DNA of 62,866 nt. Origin: a virus. Both the position numbers and the translations under genes were made by a program. The stretch is from positions 1 through 62,866 of IMG/VR virus record IMGVR_UViG_3300047586_000083. One strand, 5' to 3'. Shown in pieces: positions 35,566 through 45,591 of the stretch (its first letter is position 1; every line of letters begins with the position of its first letter). The notes below the pieces were generated by a model. The model did not search any database and was not told the origin of the DNA. It worked only from the letters and a program-made list of their open reading frames with translations.

Positions 35566-36798
35566 CTAGATGGCCCACAGCTTCAGTTCATTGAAGCTAG
35601 TGATGCCGGACCCGTAAGCCCGGCTGTCACCGTAAGCCATCGTGAATGCGCGTTGCCCGTCATCCCGATCCGGGCTTACCAGTTGAACGCCACGCAGCAC
35701 CAGGAAGTAGATGCTGCCCGCCGTCAGGCCAACCTGGAACAACATATCCAAGCCAGTCTTGGAAATGGCAGCATTCTCCAAGGCCAATTGTGCGGCACTG
35801 TCATCCTCGTACATATTGAAGTTGAGGAAGACCTGCCGCTCATCAGCCTCAGGTGAGTCTACATACTCGCTGCCGAAAAGGTCACGTGGAAGTTCCAACC
35901 CGCTTCCATACTTGATTTGGGCCGTCCGAATCCGGGTGATCAGACCGCCATTCAGGAAGGCCATGCCCTTGAATCCGGCAATCCCAGCGCCCGCCGTTAC
36001 GGGTGTGGATGGTTCTGTGGGGAAAGCGGACAGCCCGGCCTTCTCTGTCAGCGTGGCAGTAGAGAACCCATTACTGTCCAGGACCCACTTGCCCAGCCCA
36101 GTAGCCTGCCAGGTGGCGATGTCTTCGCCCAGATTGAAAGTACCTTGCTGTGCTACCGCGCCCATGATGGCACGCTGCTGAGCGCCGGCAGGAGTGCGGA
36201 AGGACCAACCCGTGAAGGACAACTCCGTGTCCGTGGGGGTGTAGCAAAGAGCCACCTTGGAAACGGACCCGCCGCTAATCCAGGCCGCATTGCCGGCGCT
36301 GCCGAGCAAAGTGAAGTTGGTGGTATCAACAACATGGACCAACCAGATTCCGTTGGCTGCCGTATTGCCAGTTACTCCAGTAACGGTCACGGCATCATAT
36401 TCGGAAAGGCCGTGCGTCCCGGTGGTAAGCTGAATTGGTGAAGCGTTGGTGGCTGCTGACACCGTGAGGGTGCCCGTCTTGGAGGCTGCTGCGGCGCCAA
36501 ACAGAGACTTCAAAATGGGGTCGCAGTCCGGTATCGTCCCTGCCACACCGCTGGTGACCAGCGACATGTTGGAACTCCAGTTGGCTATCTTCCGGCCCGC
36601 AATGCCTGCTGTCGCGGTACGGCTGCCAGTTTTGTCTTTCCTGAAGATTGAGTCGGTGGTCCGGTTCATCTTGAACTGGATCATGGCGCAGGCATCGGCA
36701 GCCGCAACGGTGGCAGTGCCACCCGAGTTAGGAATGGTGCCGAAGGCAGACTCATCCTGCAGGTAGAATCGCTCTTGTCGTGAAAATACTTTCGCCAT
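35566..36798 (-). CDS. Major tail protein carrying an inserted GNTAANG domain
   Basis: 410 aa, position immediately upstream of the chaperone and tape measure. Domain at 36262-36453 ('ATNASPIQLTTGTHGL...GVTGNTAANGIWLV'). Confidence 0.6.
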   Translation of the reverse strand: MAKVFSRQERFYLQDESAFGTIPNSGGTATVAAADACAMIQFKMNRTTDSIFRKDKTGSRTATAGIAGRKIANWSSNMSLVTSGVAGTIPDCDPILKSLFGAAAASKTGTLTVSAATNASPIQLTTGTHGLSEYDAVTVTGVTGNTAANGIWLVHVVDTTNFTLLGSAGNAAWISGGSVSKVALCYTPTDTELSFTGWSFRTPAGAQQRAIMGAVAQQGTFNLGEDIATWQATGLGKWVLDSNGFSTATLTEKAGLSAFPTEPSTPVTAGAGIAGFKGMAFLNGGLITRIRTAQIKYGSGLELPRDLFGSEYVDSPEADERQVFLNFNMYEDDSAAQLALENAAISKTGLDMLFQVGLTAGSIYFLVLRGVQLVSPDRDDGQRAFTMAYGDSRAYGSGITSFNELKLWAI

Positions 36799-36804
36799 TG
36801 CTGG

Positions 36805-37209
36805 TTACTCCTCATCCTCGGGTTGCGAGGTTCCCGGCAGCACGTCAATGTCACCGGGCATGACCGTTACTCTGGGCTGGTCCAGCAATCCCTGCCGGAT
36901 GTCGCGATATGCCTGCTGCGCAGCTTCCCGCTTGCGCATGAAGTCTTCCTTGTCCTGCGCCTCATTCGGGTCAGTGGGTATCTCGAACAAGGGCATGAAA
37001 GGATCGGCCCAAATCCTCAGTTGCTGATCGGTGAAGCCGATCTTTCTGAACTCTTCTTCGGAAATGAGCACCGCGCCGCCACGCTGTGCGATTGTCGCCA
37101 AGTCTGAGTCAATGCTGTACCGTTTTCCGAAACGGTCTAGCTTGAGCGTCCCGATGTGCGCTTCAGTTCCGACAAATCGAAATGTTTGCATCATAACTGT
37201 CCACCTCAA
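36805..37209 (-). CDS. Hypothetical structural-module protein
   Basis: 134 aa, ATGA-type overlap with the upstream gene, acidic tail. Confidence 0.45.
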   Translation of the reverse strand: MRWTVMMQTFRFVGTEAHIGTLKLDRFGKRYSIDSDLATIAQRGGAVLISEEEFRKIGFTDQQLRIWADPFMPLFEIPTDPNEAQDKEDFMRKREAAQQAYRDIRQGLLDQPRVTVMPGDIDVLPGTSQPEDEE

Positions 37210-37742
37210 ACGTCAATTTGGAAACTCAACCGGAAAGCCACCAACTGCCGGAAACTACCTTGACCCTTCTCTGGCACGGCAATCGCACCACGCGTGCAAC
37301 TGAATGCGCCGTTGTAAACTACACCCACACCCCAGTTCTGGATGGTGGCAATCTGAACTGTCTCTGCAAAGGCATCTTCAACTGCCAGACTTACTGCCTC
37401 CAGGTTCTGCTTCATGTCCGAGGATAACCATTCCAGGTGGAAGTCCAACCCAACCGTGACCAGCCCTGAAAAGTCCCGTGGCTTCTCAAAATTCTGATTG
37501 GCTGCTTGTGGAATGAACATCGTCACCTTATTGGCATTGGTGGCGCCGAAGTCCGTTATGTCTTCGGGCGGTATCTGCCCGAAAATGAAGGATGGCGTGC
37601 TTGGTGAATACAGCGTAACTGGAAAGTCAATACGGAAAGGTTTCACGCCATACTCAGAAGTAGCCACAGCCTCCAAATTGACGTTGAACCCGGCCCGCAA
37701 CTTCGCCAGCAAGGCTTCCAAGGGTAATGCTGAAATCTTCAT
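37206..37742 (-). CDS. Hypothetical head-tail joining / tail completion protein
   Basis: 178 aa; assigned by position only. Confidence 0.4.
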   Translation of the reverse strand: MKISALPLEALLAKLRAGFNVNLEAVATSEYGVKPFRIDFPVTLYSPSTPSFIFGQIPPEDITDFGATNANKVTMFIPQAANQNFEKPRDFSGLVTVGLDFHLEWLSSDMKQNLEAVSLAVEDAFAETVQIATIQNWGVGVVYNGAFSCTRGAIAVPEKGQGSFRQLVAFRLSFQIDV

Positions 37743-38488
37743 CGGCTGCCTCCCAATGCGCCCCTGACGCGCGCAACTATCCGGGTCAGAATATCATTCA
37801 GCACCGCCACCTTGTCGGATTCACTCGCACCCAGGAAGTGTCGGCGTGGAAGGCGCTTGTAACCTTCATTGTGTCCGCTTGCGCGGGCCGCTTCCTCTCC
37901 ATAGATGCCCAGGACAATCTCATTGGCCGGTTCCAACTTACCACTTTCTATTGGCATGAAACCACCTGCCGCAGCATCCGTGCCCGGAAGGATGAAGTCT
38001 TTGACCCGGACGATGAGCGCCTGAAGCATGTGCGGCGCGGACGGCCCGCGCAGGTCCACGGCAATCCGGCCTAGGGAAGCCTTGAAGGCTGCGTAGCTGG
38101 AGAACTTGACGCCTAGCTTGGTACGCTGGGCGCTGCTGCTAGAGCGCCGGGCTGTGGTACCGCCCAAAGAGTGGGTCACTACTTCAGCCCCAACCTTTCG
38201 GCCCTTGAGCCCGATCTTGTTGGCAAAGTTCCGGGCCGCACCTTTCCGGTTCTTGGCATTCTTCCCTGGGTAATAGTAGTATGGCCCGCTGGTGGAGTAA
38301 GGCTTGAAGGATACTTCATTCACATCCACACCACGCGCCGTCCGTTGCAATATCCGGGTCCGTTGCCGTTGGCCGGCATACAGAAGGTCACCAACCGTTG
38401 GCACAGCATTCTTCTCAATGGCATCTACAAACCCGATCAGGTTTGCATCACCACGGCTGGTCTTTATCGAAGTTCCAACACTAAGCAT
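37739..38488 (-). CDS. Hypothetical head-tail connector protein
   Basis: 249 aa from ATG 38488 (8-nt overlap with the upstream stop); assigned by position only. Confidence 0.4.
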   Translation of the reverse strand: MLSVGTSIKTSRGDANLIGFVDAIEKNAVPTVGDLLYAGQRQRTRILQRTARGVDVNEVSFKPYSTSGPYYYYPGKNAKNRKGAARNFANKIGLKGRKVGAEVVTHSLGGTTARRSSSSAQRTKLGVKFSSYAAFKASLGRIAVDLRGPSAPHMLQALIVRVKDFILPGTDAAAGGFMPIESGKLEPANEIVLGIYGEEAARASGHNEGYKRLPRRHFLGASESDKVAVLNDILTRIVARVRGALGGSR

Positions 38489-39515
38489 TGGCCCTCCGAA
38501 TCTCAGCAATGCGCTGTTCCACGGCCTGCCTTACTGCGGCAAACTGAGTGGATGGAATGGTAGCGGTAATCTGCTGGACCCGTTGCGAGTTCAGAACATT
38601 GCGCGCCGCTATCTCTCGCTGAACTGATTCCCGCGTCACGCTGCGAGGGTTAGTGGGCAGGCCGGGCGTTCCTTTTCGGACCTGCTGCGCGTTGAGATCA
38701 TCCAGCGCAATCATCCACTGATGCCGGCAACGGTAACCTCCAGCCGTAGTGAATACGTTTGGAATTTGCCCGTTGTTCATACGGTCTATCTGTGCCCGTG
38801 TCCAGGTTCGCCCACTGCGGGATAACCTTTCCAGCTTGATACAGAATGGCCGGGTCAGCTTGTCTAATGGGCCATCATAACCATACCGGATCTTGAATCC
38901 TGGCAGATCTTCCTCGATCATCTGGAAACCATTATCAGTAATAGTGCGGTAAAAAGTGCTGATGGAAGTTTCTGCCAAATTCTGTGACTCTCCCATTGTG
39001 GTGCCCAGAACTTCATTCAAGTGCTGAGTAAGTTGTTTCACATCCATCGCTCCTGCACTCAACACTGCCTGCTGTTTAGTACGCTGTGCTACCTTGGTCG
39101 CCACCCCTTCCAATAGATCACGTGATCCTGCTTGATAAGCACTGAACACAGTCATTTGTCCTGGTGAAAAATTGACTGGCGGTAATGGGAATGTTAATTC
39201 AGAATTGATTGTATTCAGGACTTGTGTGAACCAGTCAAATTGCCCATTAAAACTGCTAGTGTATCGGTCCAACAAGCCCTGATATCCCTCAGCATCAAGC
39301 GCCTGAAGGAAACGAGCATCCATACTGGCAAGTATCTTTTGATTCTTGGCAGTAATTTCGAGTGTTCCGCCACTGATATCAAGCTGGGATCGTAGTTCAG
39401 TGATGAGTGCCCGGCTGGCCCGGTCAATCATCCCTTGCAAAGGTGTGATGAACTCATCGACAATGGCATCAATTGCATCGGCGTGTTCTTGCAAGATGTC
39501 GTCAATAGGATTCAT
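38481..39515 (-). CDS. Minor head protein, SPP1 gp7 / Mu F-like
   Basis: 'LTRPFCIKLE...TTAGGYRCRHQW' resembles the C-terminal Cys/His signature of Phage_Mu_F domains. Confidence 0.6.
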   Translation of the reverse strand: MNPIDDILQEHADAIDAIVDEFITPLQGMIDRASRALITELRSQLDISGGTLEITAKNQKILASMDARFLQALDAEGYQGLLDRYTSSFNGQFDWFTQVLNTINSELTFPLPPVNFSPGQMTVFSAYQAGSRDLLEGVATKVAQRTKQQAVLSAGAMDVKQLTQHLNEVLGTTMGESQNLAETSISTFYRTITDNGFQMIEEDLPGFKIRYGYDGPLDKLTRPFCIKLERLSRSGRTWTRAQIDRMNNGQIPNVFTTAGGYRCRHQWMIALDDLNAQQVRKGTPGLPTNPRSVTRESVQREIAARNVLNSQRVQQITATIPSTQFAAVRQAVEQRIAEIRRANA

Positions 39516-39516
39516 G

Positions 39517-40200
39517 TTACCTCAGCACACACTTCCCACTTTGGGAATTGGTAAAGTTGATTACCACATCAAATGTTGTGGCGTTAACAGTCCAACCATC
39601 TCCTTCAACCACATGAGGTGGATCAGCCGTATCATAACAAGTTACTGCCAAATCTGCGGTTCCTAAACCATGTGTTGCTCCAGTGACAGTTACTGTAGTT
39701 TGAGAAGAAAATGATGCCGTGTAACGTATTGCTCGGGATACAAACTGTGTCCCATCCCAAGTTACCACTTGACCTGACAATGCTCCAGTTTGTGCCAATT
39801 GAGTCAATAGGACCATTTGACTAAGACTTGGAACAGAAGAAACCACCACTGAAGAAACTGTTACTGGGGTAACGGAAACTGGAACCAACCAAATGGAATT
39901 TTCAGATCCGCCACCTTCCACAACAGTGGTTATCTGATAAAATGACTCGGGCGTGGAACCTGAATTAGGTTCCAATGAAACACTCAATTGGCCCTTGAAA
40001 GAAATAATCCTCCGCTGGACAGGGACTCTTTTGCCATCCACTGCAGTGAATGCCCTAGTCACCTCAATTGTAATAGTGCCATTTGCTGATTTGCCATCTG
40101 CAGTCACATAGGTCTGCCTAACCGTAGTTAAGGCAGCGTCAAGATGCAATGGCAGTATGCAAAACAAAAATACAAGGCACTTAAGACCGTTGTAGTTCAC
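39517..40200 (-). CDS. Secreted (signal-peptide) beta-rich protein
   Basis: GTG 40200 with GGAGG 6 nt upstream. N-terminus MNYNGLKCLVFLFCILPLHLDA/AL. 227 aa. Confidence 0.5.
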   Translation of the reverse strand: MNYNGLKCLVFLFCILPLHLDAALTTVRQTYVTADGKSANGTITIEVTRAFTAVDGKRVPVQRRIISFKGQLSVSLEPNSGSTPESFYQITTVVEGGGSENSIWLVPVSVTPVTVSSVVVSSVPSLSQMVLLTQLAQTGALSGQVVTWDGTQFVSRAIRYTASFSSQTTVTVTGATHGLGTADLAVTCYDTADPPHVVEGDGWTVNATTFDVVINFTNSQSGKCVLR

Positions 40201-41128
40201 AGTTGACCTCCAATATGATATCCTCAAACTGACCCATATCCAACTGCTCTCCCGACAGCACCGGGTCATCCGGCAAATCGAAGTCCGTGGTGGCAATTGG
40301 AATCACTGTGGCATTCTGCCGGTACAACGGCCCATCCACCTCACCCGCCCATACGTTCCAACCTACCGTTACGGCGGGCGTATAACGGCAAGAAGACCGC
40401 GTGAACTCCGGTTGTACGCCATCCGGCGCGGTCAAGCCTAGGATGCTGACATTGGCGACCTTCGCTGCCTCCATGGTGGCCTTGACGCGGGCGCTGCGAT
40501 AGCTCTCGCTGTTCCGCTTGTCGGCAGGCGACACATACCGGCTGCCAACCCAGGTAATGGCGAACTCAAACTCATCCGTGCTCGCTCCGCCACCCGACAC
40601 CAGAGTAACATTGGCAGCAGCAAAGGTTCCGGCCCGTTCCATAATTGCGCCGGGCGCGGGCAACGGGTTGAACAGGATTGGAAGACCGCGCCGTTTCAGG
40701 CTAGGCCAGTAATCCTCTCGAATGGCATCCTGCAATGCCTCAAATCGGTCAGAATAGCGGTCAGCATTCTTATTGGTGGCAGCGCGATAGAATCGCAGCA
40801 GCGTCCGCGCCACCACCCACCGCTTCAACGTGCTCCAGTTGTCTTCTGCCTCTCCCGATACAACCAACTGGGCAAACCCGGCATAGTTATACTTCAATTC
40901 AGATATGCCGGTTGGGATATTGACATCCCGAACAGTCAGGTCAGAGGCAGACAAACCGCCAAATGACATGAAACGGGAAAGGGTTGCCTGTGCGTCTTCT
41001 TTGGCCCGTCGAATGACACCGGCGCTGCCCTCTAATACGATGCCCTCGGTTTGGGCAACGTCAGGCACTTCCGGGTCCATTGACTGAAGGTCAGCGATGG
41101 TCACGAAGTCATCATCAACCCAGAGCAT
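40181..41128 (-). CDS. Hypothetical head-associated protein
   Basis: 315 aa ORF in the head module. Confidence 0.45.
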   Translation of the reverse strand: MLWVDDDFVTIADLQSMDPEVPDVAQTEGIVLEGSAGVIRRAKEDAQATLSRFMSFGGLSASDLTVRDVNIPTGISELKYNYAGFAQLVVSGEAEDNWSTLKRWVVARTLLRFYRAATNKNADRYSDRFEALQDAIREDYWPSLKRRGLPILFNPLPAPGAIMERAGTFAAANVTLVSGGGASTDEFEFAITWVGSRYVSPADKRNSESYRSARVKATMEAAKVANVSILGLTAPDGVQPEFTRSSCRYTPAVTVGWNVWAGEVDGPLYRQNATVIPIATTDFDLPDDPVLSGEQLDMGQFEDIILEVNCELQRS

Positions 41129-41143
41129 GGCAACCCTCCGTTC

Positions 41144-41476
41144 TTACTTCGGCAGTTTCGGCATCTTGCCGGGTTTGCGGCCCTTGCCGGTGTCCACGAG
41201 GGCCGCGCCCGCCGCATCCACCGGGTCAACGGCATCAGCCACATGGTCAAGGTCCGGCACCAACTCGGGTGCCGCTTCCACGTGCAGTAAAGGTTCCGGC
41301 GCGGGCGCTCCATCTTCTTGGGCTTTGGCGCCGTGATAGCGTACAAGGATGTTACGGGCAGCGGCAATCATGGCCGGGTCATTCGGAACCGGGCACACGC
41401 CATCCACGAAAGTGAATGCGCCACCGCCAAGGGTAACAGTCTTGCCTTTCTGATTCCCTGGTAATATGAAATCCAT
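41144..41476 (-). CDS. Hypothetical protein
   Basis: 110 aa, immediately downstream of the capsid gene. Confidence 0.45.
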   Translation of the reverse strand: MDFILPGNQKGKTVTLGGGAFTFVDGVCPVPNDPAMIAAARNILVRYHGAKAQEDGAPAPEPLLHVEAAPELVPDLDHVADAVDPVDAAGAALVDTGKGRKPGKMPKLPK

Positions 41477-41497
41477 CTGGTTGTTCTCCTGTGAAAA

Positions 41498-41537
41498 TGG
41501 CGACCACCGCGTTCACAAGGTCACACAGTGGCCGCCA
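41498..41537 (-). terminator. Hairpin downstream of the major capsid gene (possible attenuator)
   Basis: tggcgaccac/gtggccgcca, 10-bp stem with one mismatch, 20-nt loop. Confidence 0.3.
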
Positions 41538-41552
41538 AGCACAGACGTTGAC

Positions 41553-42491
41553 CTAGTTGGTCACGCCCGTAAGCGCCGCCAGGCCCTTGAGTGAAAAGAG
41601 CGCCAGGCCGCAGTACCACTTCACGCGGATGATGTTCTCATCCTTGGTCTCGCTGATGCCAACGTCTTCCACGATGACACCCGCCGCATTGCTGGCAGTA
41701 AGGCCCGCGATGCCGTGTGTCCGGCTGCCGTCATCCAGCGTACCGGCCAGGACCGTGGTACAAGTGAAAACGGCGCTGCCCTGGGTCTGGTTAACGGGCA
41801 TGTAGTCGTTGCGGAAGATGGGGATGCCGCGATAGGCCGGAACCTTGGTGCCGGAGGGAAGCTCAACGGTGTCGCCAATGGACGCGCCACCCAGCGCCCG
41901 CAGCAAAGCGTAGTAGCTGCGGAGGGTTCGGGCGTTCATGATCAGATAGTCAACGTTGCCGTCCTTGTCGGTGACCAAGTCAATCAGCTCATCCAACTTC
42001 GCAAAGGACAGCACACCGCCATTGGTAGTGACGCCTGTGGTATCCTGGATGATCGCCTGGCTGGCGTCCACTAGCCCGAGCAGGCCGGTGAACTGGTTGC
42101 TGATGCCACTGCCATTGAGCAGGTGATCCTGAAACTGCCGGCCAACGGACTTGGCCTTGCTGGCGACCTGGATGGCCTGTTGGTCATTGCCATCACCAGA
42201 CCGCGTTGCCTGAATAAGACCATTGACTTCCGCATCACCGAGAATCGTGGTGAGTGAGGAAGTAACGGCAGTGAATGTCGCGGGCGCTTTCGCGGTAATG
42301 GTGTCACCCACACCCGCGTTCATCACGTCGCCCAACGCATTCTCACGGTTGTAAGCCAGAGCATTGCCGTCGATGCCATCAAAGGGCAGCGCCTGATAGA
42401 AATGGTTGACGGTGATCACGTTTTCAATGACGCCCGCAACCAAATCGTTCAGAGCAAGCTTGGCCGATTCCACGAGTGTTACTGAAGCCAT
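41553..42491 (-). CDS. Major capsid protein (HK97-fold type)
   Basis: 312 aa after the scaffold gene. Composition and N-terminus 'ESAKLALNDLVAGVIENV...ALPF' are typical of phage major capsid families. Confidence 0.7.
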   Translation of the reverse strand: MASVTLVESAKLALNDLVAGVIENVITVNHFYQALPFDGIDGNALAYNRENALGDVMNAGVGDTITAKAPATFTAVTSSLTTILGDAEVNGLIQATRSGDGNDQQAIQVASKAKSVGRQFQDHLLNGSGISNQFTGLLGLVDASQAIIQDTTGVTTNGGVLSFAKLDELIDLVTDKDGNVDYLIMNARTLRSYYALLRALGGASIGDTVELPSGTKVPAYRGIPIFRNDYMPVNQTQGSAVFTCTTVLAGTLDDGSRTHGIAGLTASNAAGVIVEDVGISETKDENIIRVKWYCGLALFSLKGLAALTGVTN

Positions 42492-42525
42492 ATGCCTTTA
42501 CCTCGTTCAGTTGAATTTGCGACAC

Positions 42526-43293
42526 TTACTGATTGCTGGAGGCATGTGTCAATTGCCCCTTCTTCAACCCGGACGCAATCCGCTGCACCGGGCTGAGTTC
42601 GCTTGTGTCGCGTCCCGCGCCACTGCCAGACTTGCTGCTGCCGGCTGGCTTCCCGCCACCCGTGTTACCGGACGGTTCAAATGCCCGGCTGAAATCCGCC
42701 GATGACCGCATCTCAGTGATGAAATCTGCGATGGTCATGAAGCCACCCTTCCCATCCCCACGCGGGTCACCATCCGAATCGACCACCCGTACAACGTGCT
42801 CTCCCTTTTCCTCGAACACCCGGACGTTCTGCCTCACATGGGGCAGCAGGAGAGTAGCAGAACCCTTAGCCGTCAATATGGCCGTGGTTGCCGCACTGTC
42901 AATCAGATACTTCTCCAATGACGTCTGCATGCCCTTGAGCACTAGGTCCTTGGCCTGGAGCACCTTCTGGTGACCTGACTCCAGATCTGCCTTCAGTTTG
43001 TCCCAGACCTTCTGTCCCTCGGTGCCCTTGGTGGCTGCGGTGGTAAGTTCCTGCAACCGCTCCTGTACCGCTTCGGGCGTCTCACCCAGCGCCTTCCACC
43101 CAGCAAGCAACCCACCACTGGCCTTGTTGGCCTTGCGTTCCTTGTCCAATGCCGAAGTCAGCCCACTGACATCCAACCTCTTGGCCAGGTCCGCGTCAAG
43201 CGTGAACTTACCGTCATCGCCCTTGGAGTAGAGCGCCCGATAGTTCTGCGGAACTTCATCCAGAATCTCTAGCGTGTGTTGAAACTCGAACAT
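42526..43293 (-). CDS. Scaffolding protein
   Basis: 255 aa, helical and charged, located between the portal region and the capsid gene. Confidence 0.6.
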   Translation of the reverse strand: MFEFQHTLEILDEVPQNYRALYSKGDDGKFTLDADLAKRLDVSGLTSALDKERKANKASGGLLAGWKALGETPEAVQERLQELTTAATKGTEGQKVWDKLKADLESGHQKVLQAKDLVLKGMQTSLEKYLIDSAATTAILTAKGSATLLLPHVRQNVRVFEEKGEHVVRVVDSDGDPRGDGKGGFMTIADFITEMRSSADFSRAFEPSGNTGGGKPAGSSKSGSGAGRDTSELSPVQRIASGLKKGQLTHASSNQ

Positions 43294-43398
43294 GTCTTTT
43301 CACCATCCCGGTTCTAAGATTTGGGCATCTCGCCCATCACGATAGATCATACTCTGTTAGGCCAAAAAAGTAAACTGGTCACTCCGGCATTGTCCAAA

Positions 43399-44037
43399 TC
43401 AGAGAGTAACCACAGTGAAGCTGGCCGGATAGGACACGTAACTGATGGTGATCTTCCACTGCCCAGCTGACAGCGCCGAAAGGTTAGCGCCAGTGGGAGT
43501 GAACGTTGCCAATGGAGTCACCGCCGTCTTGCCGGTGATCTTGTAGGCCGGTGTACCCATGGCCAGTGAAGTGTTGCTCACCGCCACGAACGTATCATAA
43601 GCTGCCGAATACGCCGTGGCAGCGGTTGAATCGCCAATGCTTACAGTGAGCGCCGAAAGGCTGGTGGCGGCGGGCTTGGTCATAACTTCGATCCGGCACC
43701 CGACAATCACCGCCCCTGCCGGAAGCGCCGGCAAGGATACTGCCGCCGTAGTAGTGGACCCGGCCAACGTGGCATTGTTATAGTTGATGGTGTACCCTAC
43801 GGTGACCATGCCCATGGTGGACCCTACGGTGCCCATGTCAATCAACGTCCAAGTCCCGGTGGCCGCGCCCGCGCTGGAAGGCAGGCACATATAGATACCG
43901 CCCGGCGCATGGATAAAGCGAACCTGAGAATCCATACGGCAAGCGCCGCTGGGATTGACAGTCTGCTGTGCTGTGAGTGACGCGGGCATAAGCGCAACGA
44001 GCGCCGCCAGCGCGATAACCAAAACGAAGTTCTTCAT
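43399..44037 (-). CDS. Secreted (signal-peptide) Ala/Thr/Ser-rich beta protein
   Basis: MKNFVLVIALAALVALMPASLTA/QQ. 212 aa. Confidence 0.55.
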   Translation of the reverse strand: MKNFVLVIALAALVALMPASLTAQQTVNPSGACRMDSQVRFIHAPGGIYMCLPSSAGAATGTWTLIDMGTVGSTMGMVTVGYTINYNNATLAGSTTTAAVSLPALPAGAVIVGCRIEVMTKPAATSLSALTVSIGDSTAATAYSAAYDTFVAVSNTSLAMGTPAYKITGKTAVTPLATFTPTGANLSALSAGQWKITISYVSYPASFTVVTL

Positions 44038-44064
44038 CTGAGTAATGCTCCTTTGTCTGAATTG

Positions 44065-45591
44065 TTACTTCTGCTGCATCATGGGCGGTTTCTTTTCGCC
44101 CGGTTGCTGCTGTGGAGGCTGTTGCTGATCTCCCGATGGAGGCAGCGGCGGTTTCGGCAGGACTCCCTCCTGCTGAAGCTTGTTGGTGAAGGCCGCATCC
44201 ACGATGTTGGCCTGCTTTTCAGCAGTCATCTGTTTCTGGTCTTCCTCCATATCAAAATCTTCCGAGAGTACACCACGGCGCTGTAACTCATGGATGAACG
44301 TCTCGTGGCTGATCTCCTTTGCCGTCCGGGCCGCTTGTAGCGTGGTAAGGTCCGTGGCATCATTCAGGCTCAACCCAAAGTCCGTGTTGATCTTGATGGA
44401 CCCGCCCGCGTCCTTTCCCAAGGACAGCCACTCAGCGGCAATCTGAAAAGCCCTCTCCAGGGTATCGGCAAAGATAAGGATCATTGCCTGAAGCATGGAA
44501 AGATTCTCAGCCGTGTCAATGGACTTGGCCGTTGCGGTCATGTCGCCAGACTTGGTGAGTAATTCCACACCCAGCATTGCCATCTGGGCTTCCAAATCCT
44601 TCATGTCCAAGCGCCCGGACTCAATGGCGGCACCGCTGTGCTCAACGTAGTAGAACTTGCCATCTGCACTAATGGTAGTAAGCAGTTGGCGCGGGCCGAT
44701 CTTGACAACAGACTCTTCTTCATTCAGACCGCTGCCTGCCAGCATCGGGAATCGGGCCACAGTAAGAACGTTGCGCTGATCGCTGCCGGACTGCCAATGG
44801 GAGATGTTCACATGAGCAAGGTCAGTTAGCGGCGGATGGGCCACCATGAAGTCTTCCCTATCGGCATAGAACGTCACCAGCGGGATATAGGAAAGGGTGG
44901 TGACACCCTCATCCTCTTTTTCCCACTTGTTCCGGGCCATCTTACGCCATAACTCCCACCGGCCTGGCTCCAGGACGCGAACCCGCTGAATGGTTACTTC
45001 ATCAAATCCATCTCTGCGTGTTTCTTCTTCCCAAATACGAACATGGGTCAGTACCTCACGGCCTTCCCGGTACTCGGAATATGCCGCCAGTACATTCTCA
45101 TGCGGCACTAGGACGAAGTAAGGCCGGGCACCCAGCTGCTTTTCATCCTCCAACGTCTGCGGCTGCTCCACGGCTGTATTGGGAAACTCCACCAGGATAT
45201 GGGTCAACCCCTTGACCAGCCCATCCTGAAATGCGCGCCGGGCGAAGACATTGATGTTGTTACCCTGGCGGTCAACATCTTCAGCCAGTTCCTTCAGCGG
45301 CGCTGGCATATCCTCTCCCAGCACTACCTCTTTCGAGAATGGCTTGCCAACGAGTGACTCCACTGTGCGCCGGAAGTAGTTGACCAGTACTGAACGGGCC
45401 TTCCTCTCATTGTAATTGGCATCACTTTCTGCTGAATGCTTTGGCAGATAATCCTCACCCGCCGCGCGCAAAGCATCAGTGCCGGCCATCAACATATTCA
45501 CCAGGTTGATGCGAGGTTCCATCACATCATATGCCGAGGAAGTCTTGCTTGGGTCCTTCTTGTCTCGCCCGTCATTCGCCATAAGTGCCAT
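44065..45591 (-). CDS. Portal protein
   Basis: 508 aa. N-terminus 'YDVMEPRINLVNMLMAGTDALRAAGEDYLPKHSAESDANYNERKARSVLVNYFRRTVESLVGKPF' resembles DUF4055-type portals. Gln/Pro-rich tail. Confidence 0.75.
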   Translation of the reverse strand: MALMANDGRDKKDPSKTSSAYDVMEPRINLVNMLMAGTDALRAAGEDYLPKHSAESDANYNERKARSVLVNYFRRTVESLVGKPFSKEVVLGEDMPAPLKELAEDVDRQGNNINVFARRAFQDGLVKGLTHILVEFPNTAVEQPQTLEDEKQLGARPYFVLVPHENVLAAYSEYREGREVLTHVRIWEEETRRDGFDEVTIQRVRVLEPGRWELWRKMARNKWEKEDEGVTTLSYIPLVTFYADREDFMVAHPPLTDLAHVNISHWQSGSDQRNVLTVARFPMLAGSGLNEEESVVKIGPRQLLTTISADGKFYYVEHSGAAIESGRLDMKDLEAQMAMLGVELLTKSGDMTATAKSIDTAENLSMLQAMILIFADTLERAFQIAAEWLSLGKDAGGSIKINTDFGLSLNDATDLTTLQAARTAKEISHETFIHELQRRGVLSEDFDMEEDQKQMTAEKQANIVDAAFTNKLQQEGVLPKPPLPPSGDQQQPPQQQPGEKKPPMMQQK

